NCBI GenBank assembly: GCA_002811645.1
Contig: PDIP01000103.1
Location: 1-64,000 of the forward strand
DNA length: 64,000 bases
Direction of reading: 5' to 3'
Source of the DNA: Corallochytrium limacisporum Hawaii
Lineage: Eukaryota > Protista > Pluriformea
The first letter of the stretch is position 1. Every line of letters begins with the position of its first letter. The position numbers were made by a program, and so were the translations under genes. Positions 35,301 to 45,855 of this stretch are shown here, piece by piece. A model generated the notes under the pieces. It saw only the letters and a program-made list of their open reading frames with translations. It was not told the DNA's origin and searched no databases.

Positions 35301-36149
35301 CTGTGCCACTGCGCCGTCTGGCACACTTCCATCTAGTGATGTCGGAAAACACACTGGTTACGCGGGTGCATCTAATTCTGTGACAATGTGCCGGAACACG
35401 AAGGAATACAGTGGAATTTGTGGAGCAAGAAGGAACACGGCCCCGAATTCCCGGAGCGTGTGTGGATCTACTGTAATTCAGTGCTCGACACATCGAACCG
35501 CGATCATTCATGCGACCGCGGAAACAAAATACAACTGAGGAAATCGTCAGCCATGTGGCCGGAGTTTTCTGTTTGAGCCACCCTTCCAGGGCCTGACAGT
35601 CGTTGTCCGGCCGCCCATAGTGCGGGATTGTCGCCCATTTCCGCCCCCCCCCCCCTTTTCCCGGGGTCCCTTTGTCTCATAGTACCACCAGCTTTTGGGA
35701 CTTCAGATCCGGGAGTCTATTTTCAGTTGCACCGCTCTCTGCCCGGTAGCTGGCTCCGGAATTAGGGTGGTTGCTAATACTGTTAGGGCATCAGCTTAAT
35801 TGTGCACTCCCCCTACTTTGCCGCCCTTGTGGGGGAGCTGGGGGACGGCTGATCTTGGGCGGGAGAAACCGCTTAAGCTAGCAGCCAGTTCCAGGCGGAG
35901 TCCACAAATCTGCGAACCCAGTCGATGGTGAAGGCGCAGGTATTCTGAGCGCTAAACAACTTTTAAAATCTTCTTAACCTGGCAGAGTTTAAATAGCAAT
36001 TATTTGAGTTCTATATGCAGAATGTGTGAAGAAGTGAGGACGGATTTAGTCTACTGAAGTTTTTGTGTGTCCTGAAGGAGTACTCTGGAAACAATGTAGG
36101 CAAACAAACGGAGCGTGTCACTAAAATTTAAAGACAAGAGGCTAAGAGC

Positions 36150-37742
36150 ATGATCTTCGAGCTTCCTCGACCAGATATTGAGCCTGAAAGGCTTATGCAA
36201 TTACAAACTTTTATTTTCCAAAAGTCAGGTGGGACGGCGCCTCGCACCGTACACAATAAGAGTGCAGCCCAGTTGGCTGCAGGCCTACATGTGCTGTCAG
36301 ACCGGGACCGGCAGACCTCTGTACAGATTGCGCACCGCAACTCCATTACGCAAGCCAAGGAAGAATCGGCGAGTAAGGAAGGCGAATCCAAACAGGATGA
36401 CGACACCAAGGACGAGGATTTGAAATTGGAACAGATCAAACGCATGACCCAGGCGGAAAAGGACGCCCGGAAAACAGAACTTCAGAGCAAATTGGACGAA
36501 TTGGCGGCAGAGAAACAGAAACTTTTTGATCAACTGAAACATGCGCTGCAGGAGGATCAAGAGGACCAGGCTGCGGGATCCAAGGAAGGTACCGCTATCC
36601 AAACGCCGGCTCTGACACCACGGAGCCCACGAGATCAGTTTGAGTTTGACAATGAACAGGAGGCAGGCTCGCAGGGTACTGATATGGGCGCTTCGGAAGC
36701 GGGACCTGTGACAGTCCCTGCAATGGCCATGGGTGGCGTGGCCAGCGTTGCTGCGGGTTCACTGATGAGCTCGCCACGTGGATCATCATCCCTGCTGAAG
36801 CAGGTCAGCCCGTCCGCAGCCGCCACCCGGGCAGCTCTATCTCACCAGGGCGGGGTTATGCCCATGTCGTATGGACGCATGCCACCATCGTCTATGTCAG
36901 GGGCTGGCGGGCGAACACCACCTCACATACCAGTCGGCGCACCACTCCCGGGACACGACCACGGACTTAACCCGTACCGTCGTGGCTCCCTGAAAATGTC
37001 CATGGACCAGCCACCCCCTGCCGAAATCCCCCCATCAGGATACGCCGATCGCGCTGCCAATAGTCAAGGGTTTCGGCGCCGGTTCCAGTCCGAGACAGGC
37101 TCCGTGGATCCGCACTCTGCTCCGCCCTTGGAACCGGGTCAGCTGCCCGGCAGCACAGTATCGGGCACTTCGGGCGGACAGGCCAGTCTACGTGCGTCGC
37201 GCGAGGATGCGCCTCTCGGTAGTTCAGGCGGTCCGCCTCGCTTCCCAGGCGGTGGTCCCAGTGACCGTCCGTACGGTCCGCCCCCGGGAGGGGAAGATGG
37301 TTACGGCTATCGTCGGCGCATGAGTGAGCGCGACTACTTCCATGACCGTGACCGCAGGGGGCCACCACCGGGTCCAGGAGGACGTCCGTACGAGCGTGAC
37401 CGCCGTGATCGTGACTGGGACAGGGACAGAGACCGTGGTGGCGGCCCCATGCGCGGACCGCCACCTCCAGGCGACGACCGCTACAGAGATCGGGACCGAG
37501 ATGATGCTGGCCCGCCGGGTGGCTACGACCGCCGTGATAGGGATTATGGCGGGGGCTGGGACCGTGACCGCGACCGCTACCGTCGAGGCGGCGATCGTCG
37601 CTTCTACCGTGGTGGTGGTGGTTACGGGCCTCCACGCGAGCCGCGTGACCCGCGCGATCCGCGCGACTATGGTGACTCTCGCGGAGGCCGTGGTGGTCGC
37701 AGGCCGTTCTTCCGCGGTCGTGGCCGTGGTGCCCCTTACTGA
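36150..37742 (+). CDS. GPS2-like coiled-coil protein with RGG/RD-rich tail, 530 aa
   Basis: LQSKLDELAAEKQKLFDQLKHALQED resembles the GPS2 coiled coil as I recall it (LEEKLLALQEEKHQLFLQLKKVLHEE). N-terminal ELPRP. Low-complexity RD/RGG C-terminus. Confidence 0.7.
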   Translation: MIFELPRPDIEPERLMQLQTFIFQKSGGTAPRTVHNKSAAQLAAGLHVLSDRDRQTSVQIAHRNSITQAKEESASKEGESKQDDDTKDEDLKLEQIKRMTQAEKDARKTELQSKLDELAAEKQKLFDQLKHALQEDQEDQAAGSKEGTAIQTPALTPRSPRDQFEFDNEQEAGSQGTDMGASEAGPVTVPAMAMGGVASVAAGSLMSSPRGSSSLLKQVSPSAAATRAALSHQGGVMPMSYGRMPPSSMSGAGGRTPPHIPVGAPLPGHDHGLNPYRRGSLKMSMDQPPPAEIPPSGYADRAANSQGFRRRFQSETGSVDPHSAPPLEPGQLPGSTVSGTSGGQASLRASREDAPLGSSGGPPRFPGGGPSDRPYGPPPGGEDGYGYRRRMSERDYFHDRDRRGPPPGPGGRPYERDRRDRDWDRDRDRGGGPMRGPPPPGDDRYRDRDRDDAGPPGGYDRRDRDYGGGWDRDRDRYRRGGDRRFYRGGGGYGPPREPRDPRDPRDYGDSRGGRGGRRPFFRGRGRGAPY

Positions 37743-38359
37743 ATGCAGCATCGTGTGTCTGGTGGTGCCCCAGTACTGAAGAATACAGAACATATCTAAT
37801 TTGGTTCACCAGTGACTCTCAGGAGAATAGAAAAGGCCTCAACCCCCCCCCTTTTTCCCTGGGGGTTTTTTCCTTCCCAAGAAGCAGAGGCCGGCTGGCC
37901 GCAGCGGCCCATGTGATTTTGCAGATATCCAGGACTATTAAGATCCTAGACACTTAGGTCTTAGCCGGAACCATTCTGAATGTACGAGAGTTCCGGCACC
38001 AGGTCGGGGAGAGTCCGCTTTATTTGTACCCTGGTTTTGGGGGCGGGGAACTCGTGGAGGAGCCGTGATTTTGGTGGCTGTCGCTCCGTTGGTTGGACAC
38101 TCCGCCAGATTTTGATCGAAATCGTCACTACCAAGCACATTGTGGCCCGAAACACAGAAACGCAAAATCCTTAAGTCTGAAGCTTTCAGCATGGGTGGAG
38201 CTTGAAGGTGTTTGATAGGTGAGCGCCAGGTACAAGATAAAGATCATTGCTTTCCAATTTACTGAAAATTTGGCACCGTCAGCGAGCACCGAACGGACCT
38301 CGAAGGATGTGATTGTAGGGCTTAATAACCAATCATCATATAAGACTGTCAACAGAACC

Positions 38360-40099
38360 ATGCAATACCCTGTTCTACGATTACATGGTCTCCGGACCTC
38401 TCAAATCAATGGGACAGGAGCCAACCTCTTGCGACCGACGCTACTCGGGTTCGGGAGGGGTGCTGCGTCGTACCATTCGTCCACGGGTCCATGGAATCGC
38501 CAGGGATTCCGCCGCCCCAGCAACCGATGGCTATCACAGAGTGCGAGCGCTGTCGCTACAGAAAGCACCGGTCAGCCTCTGCCGTTCTCACACCCGCACC
38601 TTTTTGACAATGACCGGCATCTTGCACCGGGCTTTACTAGCGAAGAGTTTGCCCTGCGAAGGTCTACACTCATGAAACGCCTCGCCACAAACAGTCGGTT
38701 CACTGCGGCTCCTTTAGAAGATGGTAGTCTACGTGTTGCTGCCATTGTTTTTGGCAATGCCACTGCCACCATGACTAATGACATTCCCTACGTCTTCCGG
38801 CAGCACTCGGACTTCTTCTACCTCACGGGATTCGACGAACCTGGAGCAGTGCTCCTGCTGCAGGCCACGGTCTCCGGTGCGGGTCACACCACGACAATGA
38901 GTGACAGTGAGAACGTCGAACAACGAATCGGGTTCGGTACTACAGCATGGGGCACCACACCATCTTCTATTGAAGATGAGCAACTGGAAGTGTACATGAC
39001 AATGTTCGTGCCGCCGAAGGATCCGGAGCGAGAGATGTGGGACGGACCCCGCACTGGTATTCAGGGAGCGATGCAGTATTTTGGTGCGGATGAAGCATTC
39101 TCCACTTCAGAAACGGTGCATCGGATCGCATCGACGCTGGATGCTCGAAAGACACAAGCGGTTTACATTAGCCAACCCTGCATACAGAGCGCGGACCATT
39201 TGGGTGTCACGGCGGGTGTGCGCCAGGCGCTTCAGCAGCAGCAGGAGAGCCGGCCCACGTTGCAACTGATGGGCATCGACGATGTCGTAGAGAGCATGCG
39301 GGTCATTAAGACACCCGCAGAAATTAGACAATTACACAAAGTCTGCGATGTGAGTGCAGAGGCAGTCCACGAGGTAATGCGAGCGACCAAGCCAGGTATT
39401 GGTGAGCACTATCTCAGTGCTAGACTTGAGTATGAGTGCCGTAGCCGCGGGTGTGCGCGCTTGGCCTACCCTCCGGTTGTGGCTGCCGGTAACAATGCCA
39501 ACACTCTGCACTACGTGAGCAACGACCAAATCTGCCATGACGGCGACCTGATCCTAATGGACGGCGGGGGTGAGTTGGGATACTACTCCGCCGATATCAC
39601 GCGCGTGTGGCCTGTTAACGGCAAGTTCTCCAAGCCTCAAGCAGATATTTACGATGCAGTATTGAACGCACAGAAACAGATCATTGAGGCCGCAGGGCGA
39701 CCGAACACAAGCCTCGACGGGTTGCACCGACTTAGCATGGAGCTCCTCGCGGAAGAGTTGCGAAAGTTGGGGATCTTGCCAGCATCCGCGCCCAGTGCGA
39801 CGATGGCGCATCTCATGCGCAAATTTTACCCGCACCACGTTGGGCACTGGCTTGGTATGGACGTGCATGACACTGGATCTGTGTCCCGGGCCATGTCACT
39901 GCGTCCTGGGATGGTGGTCACCATCGAACCCGGTCTTTACTTCCCAAAGGACAGTCGCGACATACCCGAAGAATACCGCGGCATTGGAATCCGCATTGAG
40001 GACGATGTATTGATTGAGGGTGAAAATCAGGTGAGTGTTTTGACCGAACGGTGCGTCAAGGAACGCGATGCCATTGAGGACCTCATGCGGTCTCCTTGA
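38360..40099 (+). CDS. XPNPEP3: Mitochondrial Xaa-Pro aminopeptidase 3 (Icp55-like, M24B)
   Basis: NDIPYVFRQHSDFFYLTGF, WDGPRTG, YSADITR, PHHVGHWLGMDVHD, TIEPG, GIRIEDD. First ATG at 38360 begins a presequence-like N-terminus. Confidence 0.93.
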   Translation: MQYPVLRLHGLRTSQINGTGANLLRPTLLGFGRGAASYHSSTGPWNRQGFRRPSNRWLSQSASAVATESTGQPLPFSHPHLFDNDRHLAPGFTSEEFALRRSTLMKRLATNSRFTAAPLEDGSLRVAAIVFGNATATMTNDIPYVFRQHSDFFYLTGFDEPGAVLLLQATVSGAGHTTTMSDSENVEQRIGFGTTAWGTTPSSIEDEQLEVYMTMFVPPKDPEREMWDGPRTGIQGAMQYFGADEAFSTSETVHRIASTLDARKTQAVYISQPCIQSADHLGVTAGVRQALQQQQESRPTLQLMGIDDVVESMRVIKTPAEIRQLHKVCDVSAEAVHEVMRATKPGIGEHYLSARLEYECRSRGCARLAYPPVVAAGNNANTLHYVSNDQICHDGDLILMDGGGELGYYSADITRVWPVNGKFSKPQADIYDAVLNAQKQIIEAAGRPNTSLDGLHRLSMELLAEELRKLGILPASAPSATMAHLMRKFYPHHVGHWLGMDVHDTGSVSRAMSLRPGMVVTIEPGLYFPKDSRDIPEEYRGIGIRIEDDVLIEGENQVSVLTERCVKERDAIEDLMRSP

Positions 40100-41672
40100 G
40101 TTCCCATCAATCAGAACAACTCCGCATATGCACCATCTGTACACTGCAGTCATATTCCAACATAATCAACCACCACAAAGATCATCATCACTAAAGAAAC
40201 CACCATCTCTGATATGTAGAGCCTCCTGACGTCTTTTTTTTATCCATTCCAGTATATAACATGCGCTCGGCGACTCATTACAGTAGCGATTCCTTCGCTT
40301 CTGGATGCAGTGACACTCAGGGTGTAAGACAGCCTCGGTTCCATCCGCCACCTACGTCCCCCCTTTCTCGACCCATACCCGTATATTCAATTTGGTCCAT
40401 TGTTAAATATAGCAACAGTCTCGAAAACCCGTCCCTTGTGAATGTACCAACCCCATCCAAAACGGTAGTGAACACGGTTGGTAGCAAAAAAACCGGACCC
40501 CCCCCCCTAATCCCTCCCCTAGCCTTAGTCCCAAACGAGAAAACTAAGGGGAACCTGGGATCACAAAGCTTTTCTGACACAAACACACACACACCACGGA
40601 CCTGTGGTTGGTTGGGGCTCGGTCATTTTGTGCTTTTGCTTTCTCCCCCACACTTGCCCTGCCGGGGGATTGTTTTGCCTTTTTTTTTTTTTTTCTTCAG
40701 TGTTCCGAAAACGGGGGACCCCCCGGGAGGAGGGCAGGTGGGGAAGGGCGGCCAAATCCCGGGGTAACCAGCTGGTCAGTGTCTACCGGTACGGTACTTT
40801 TGGTTAGCTTGGGGGAGGCGGGTGTTGGGGGGTGTTTTTATTTTCTCCGTGCTTCCCGCCTTTTGACGCGCTTGCTGCTGCACTGCACCCTTGGCCTAGG
40901 GATGAATTGCTCCATACTCCCGTGTACTCTTTCCACGCCCGTGGTGCTGCGCCGGGGCACGGGGCCCTTGGAACAAGGGCCCCGAAACACACAAAAACGT
41001 CGAGGAGGCAGGCCTCTTATTTGATAGGGGCCTCCACACCAGCGGTCCACCACATCTGGGGGTCCTGTCACTTTTCATATTTTTTTTTCTCTTTGCTGCT
41101 GAGGGGGTGTATTGCCATCCCTCCCATCCCCATGACCGTTGGGACCATTTTCGTGCGGACCGTGGACATCAGCAGACCCAAGGCCAATGGTTTGGGACAA
41201 CACGGGAGAACTGGAAACGGGTGATCCGGGAAGGAACAATAAACGGAAATTAAGAGATGACAAGGAAATCACTAACTGGTTTGCAAGAGTTCGAAACAAG
41301 GAGATTGACAGTGGAATGGAAGATAAGTGATGAGAGTGTCGAATGTTATATCCTCAGTTTATCTTTCTTGGGTATCAGCGTGGAGAAACAACAGTCTTCT
41401 AGGAGATTGACGATGGTCCCTTTGTATCTTAATTTGAGATGCCGGCCTAGGATAACAGACGTAGGTAATTCAAGGTGTTTAGTGTGCCTATCTTACCGAT
41501 CCTGTCACTAGAACGTCGGATGACAATGTCAAACAGCAGGAACGACGCAAAAGACTTAGATATGCAGTCTTAGGGAACACCTTTAAAGACGGAAAGAAGG
41601 TATTAGGATCCATACTATTTCTTATATTTCGTCGGGAGTCATTCTTTACACCAGAGTAACAACAACGAAAAG

Positions 41673-44208
41673 ATGTCGTACTCTGCAAACGCTCCGGCTC
41701 TGTCGGATACCGAGCGTGGTGTGTACGAGAAAGTATTCAGTGAACTGCGCAAGGGAGCAGACGGTAACCCCGACCCTCAGGCAGTGATTGAATGTTTGCG
41801 CACATCCAAACTGGAAGACCGCGTTTTGGGTGAAATTTGGAATGTTAGCGGTCTGTCTGCCGGTGCAAACAAAACTACTGTTTTTAATGCATTGAAGCTG
41901 GTGGCGTCTGCACAAGGCGGAAAGGGAGTGAACCGCCAGGCACTGCAGAGCCAGGGACTGAACCCGCCAAAGGTGCAGGTGGGCGGTGGTAGTACTCCCG
42001 GGTCTGGTGCTAATACACCACAACGTAAGGCGAGCTACTCGTCGCAAGACAGCAAGGCCGGATCAACATCTTCTGGAGCTGGAGGCGATGCGCCCCCAAC
42101 TCCTGCCGAAGTGTTACGTGGGTTGGCCCTTTTTAGTGCCGAGGGAGCACAGAGTGGCCAGCTTTCGCCTGATAAGGTCCAAGCTTTCCTGCAAAAAAGT
42201 GGACAATCTCGGGAAATCCTCGGTTCCGTATGGGCTTTGTGCGGTCCCCAGAGCGGCAGCTGGGATATCCCCAGCTTCACCAAAGCTTATATTGTGTTGC
42301 GTCGCAAAGCTGAGGGTTCCATGCCGAGTGTACCACAGCAGCTGCCAGCGAGCTGGAATACTGTGATCACTTCACACTCTCCAGAAAATTGGGCGGTGCC
42401 AGTGGCTGACCGCGTGGTTTTTATGCAATACTTTGACCGCTTGTCTAACAATGGGCCTGGGCCAGTGCCCAGTGCCGCAGTGGTAGATTTCCTGGGTAAG
42501 AGTGGTACCTCAAAGGACAAGCTAGCTCGCGTGTGGCAGCTAGCGACTGAGGGGCTGCAATCAAGCGGTGACATGCGGGCAGATCAGTTTGTACTGGCAG
42601 GCTACCTAACAAAATTAGCATCTGCCAACGAACTGCCCGCGTCTGGTCCTCTTCCGCCGTCTCTTATTCCCCCGTCCTTCCGCCCTGGAAGCCAGCACAC
42701 CACATCAGGCCAGATGGCCGGTTCTGGGGCAGGTGGTCTCTCGGCCGCCCTTAGCTCGAGTGCTCTAGATGATCAGCCCATCGAGGAGCCCAAGATGCGC
42801 CAAGCGGATCTGATTAACTTGTTGGACGACTTGCCGGCACCACCGAAGCTGACGCAGTCTGAGGACAGTCTTGTAAACGAAATCAAGACACCGGACGATC
42901 TGCAGCGTGACATTGAGAAGACCGCGCAGCAGAATCAACAGGTTCAGCACGTGAGCAATCAGTTGGCTGGACTGAAGAGTGCCATTAACCAGGAAACTGA
43001 TGTGGTGAATGAAGCTCTTGAAGGGGAGAAACGCAAGATCAAGATCATGCAGGAAGAAAAGAAGGCAATTCAGGAAGAGACACAGCACCAGGACCAGCTG
43101 CTAAAGGACAAGGACAAGCAAATTGACGACCTCAAGGCCCAGGCAGAGAAGGATAGTCGGGAACTCCAGGAGCTGAAGAAAACCCTCAACCAGCGACAAG
43201 AGGAGACCCAGACTAAGGAAGTAGAGTTAAATCGCCTTAAAGAGGAGCTAGAGAGTCTACGCAAGGAACTGTTGGACGTTAGCACGCAGATCAAGAAGCA
43301 GGAAAACGAAATCACCCGGATGGACAACGAGATAAAGAAGACTTCCGTCGACGCTGAAAAACTAAAGCGCGATATCGAAGCAGGCGGTGGCCGAGCCGAC
43401 GACATCCCGTTTGCAGGCGACGCCAACATAAACATTACCACGACCGGCATTGGATCACCCGCTGCGGGATCCAACACGGCCAGTATCTCATCCAAGGCCT
43501 CCGGAACCGCTCCTAGTAATGATCCGTTCGGTGGTACCATATCTCTGGCTTCGGCGGACGATAATCCGTTTGGAGAGGCGGGTGCATTCGGTGCTCGCGG
43601 TTCAAAGACCAGCGGTGACGATCCGTTCGGCGGTGCTGACAACCCTTTCGGCAATGACTCTAGCGACCCTTTCGGCAGTAGCTCCGCGGCACCTAAGAAA
43701 GGCTCCACTCCCGGTGCTAAGGGAGCCTTTGAAGGAGATGCTTTCTTCTCCAAGGGAAGTGGTGGTCCAGCGGCGAGCGACCCGTTCGGCGGTGCCGCGG
43801 CCAACGGTGCCAGCAACGACGACCCATTTGGCAGTAACACTGCATTTGGAGGTTCAGGTTAGTATACCATTTCTGTTTATCTGTTCAACTGCTCGATGGA
43901 TACGATTTTGACTGTTTGATACTGACACTGTCTCACTTTTCTCAAACGATTTTTTCAACCATGCAGGGAAGGCTACGGAATCTAAGTCTGACAACGCTGG
44001 ATGGGGATTTGATCCATTCAGTGGTGGTGCTGGTGGTGGTCAAAGCTCCCTCGGTGCTGAGTCCGCGAGCGCGACTCTTGCCCGCGAACTCAGCAACTCC
44101 TCTGCTGCGTCAAAATCATCCTCGAAGGCGCCTCCGAAGCCTATCGAACAGATGACAGAGGAGGAGCAGATCCAGTGGGCTATTGAACAAAGCAAGTCTG
44201 AGTCATAG
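41673..44208 (+). CDS. EPS15: EPS15-like endocytic adaptor; exons 41673-43857 and 43967-44208
   Basis: Three EH-like domains (LGEIW, LGSVW, LARVW), coiled coil and many DPF/NPF motifs. Intron GTTAGT...TACTGAC...TGCAG. Exon 2 adds DPF and the UIM TEEEQIQWAIEQSKSE. Confidence 0.88.
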
Positions 44209-44341
44209 GTTGCACAACATATCAAACAACCAACACCAGGCCACCGATAAAGGATCACCATTGTCATAGTAAGCTATTACATTTATGTGTTTTTTTACAA
44301 GCGATATAATGCTGTCTGAGATTCAGACCAGGTGACGTAAC

Positions 44342-45208
44342 TTATTTGATGATAGCACCGTTGAGAGATGAAACCTTGCAGACACCCTTGCCCTCAATAG
44401 CGAATGGGATTCCCTTGTAGCAGGCAACACCCTTGTCGTCCACATTCAGGTCAGGCTGGATGCTCTCAAATACCTTCCGCTTCGGATTCAGTTGGGCATC
44501 GGGCGTGCGGGGATATCCTTCGAAGCTAACCAGATCGCCGGGTACAGCTCCTGCCGGAGGCTCCAGAGCTTCGCACTTGTCGGTCGCCTCCGCGCACATT
44601 ACCATGGCCTCGCTGAGGATGCCACGCATCTTTGCTGGCTTTAGATTGCAACAGAGGATTACCATACGGTTCTGCAGATAATCCATTGGTACAAACTTGA
44701 CAAGACCACTGCAAACAGTGCGGATCTCTCCATTGCCAAGGTCGCACTTCTCTACATACAGACCATCGGCATCAGGGTGCCGATCTACTTCAATTATCTT
44801 TGCCACCCGGAAGTCAAGACGAGAAACTGTGTTTTCTTTGGGGGCTTCGTTGCCTTTGGCTTTGGCATCAGCGCCTTTGTTCTTCTTCTCCTTCTTCCCT
44901 CCTTCCGAAGGGACTGTTGCTGCTTTCTTACCACCTTTGGTGGGTATGGACACTCCTTTGGCTCCATTGACCGAATACACATTCGATCCGTTTGCGTTTT
45001 CAAGTCTTTCCAGTTCGTCAATTAAACTCTTGACCGTCTGTTGCAACTCAGTCTGTTCATTCAGTGCCGCACTAATGGTGGGATCTACAGGAACAGCACC
45101 CATACCATTACCAAGCACTGCTTTCATGCGCGCAAGTTCTTGTTTCAGGTAACCGATCATGGCTTCAGCCTCGCTGGCCTTGCCTTCCAGAACATCTAGT
45201 TCAACCAT
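44342..45208 (-). CDS. AIMP1: Aminoacyl-tRNA synthetase complex-interacting protein 1 (p43/EMAP II)
   Basis: N-terminal coiled coil (AEAMIGYLKQEL), Lys-rich linker, OB-fold SRLDFRV..HPDADGLY..NLKPAKMRGILSEAMV. ATG at 45208. Confidence 0.92.
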   Translation of the reverse strand: MVELDVLEGKASEAEAMIGYLKQELARMKAVLGNGMGAVPVDPTISAALNEQTELQQTVKSLIDELERLENANGSNVYSVNGAKGVSIPTKGGKKAATVPSEGGKKEKKNKGADAKAKGNEAPKENTVSRLDFRVAKIIEVDRHPDADGLYVEKCDLGNGEIRTVCSGLVKFVPMDYLQNRMVILCCNLKPAKMRGILSEAMVMCAEATDKCEALEPPAGAVPGDLVSFEGYPRTPDAQLNPKRKVFESIQPDLNVDDKGVACYKGIPFAIEGKGVCKVSSLNGAIIK

Positions 45209-45855
45209 TGTGTACAATACTCACCGGATTCAAAACTTGCAATGAGCAGCAATGTTCGAATGTTTTACTGCAGAGAATGTGCTCAGACTCAAATAGTTTA
45301 CCTGAAACAAAGTGGGTAACTTCATCGGTCAAAGTACATAACGATATGGATATCGCGGTCCTGTGTATGGTTGCGCACTGTTCCCCTGCTGACCTTGGCC
45401 GCTCGTTTGCTCAACACTACGAATGGCAAAACTTCCCCGGGCTGTCACGCGGGTTGACAATGAATGGGAGTCCATTTTATGCAAGAATCAGAGTTCTGGT
45501 TACAGAGACGGAGGGTAGGAGGGAAACCATTTTTTGCCCTGGAGGGTCCCCCTTGAGCTTAGGCGCGAGTCTCACCGAGCGGAGGTGTCAATATTGCGGG
45601 ACAGTTTGGCTCGACCGGAAAGGTCTCATCGGGTACGGGATGGGTTGGTCTCGGGCTTGTGAAAGCGTCTGTGAAGGTATTTGATATATTCCTTTTGTTT
45701 CCAAAATACTAACGATTAAATATCATATTTCTGAAAATGCGAAAAGAATCCGAGAGAAGAGGTCATAGGAGTTGAGTGAGCACAACAACGATCTGGGAGC
45801 AAGATGTGAGGTTGCTAGGAATACGACGAATTAAAGCTAAAGATCCACTAAGACC

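Noticed and set aside
43851-43860. GGTTCAGGTT matching the telomere unit (telomerase template or internal telomere)
   Set aside because: Only 10 bp, and explained by Gly-Ser codons plus a splice donor.
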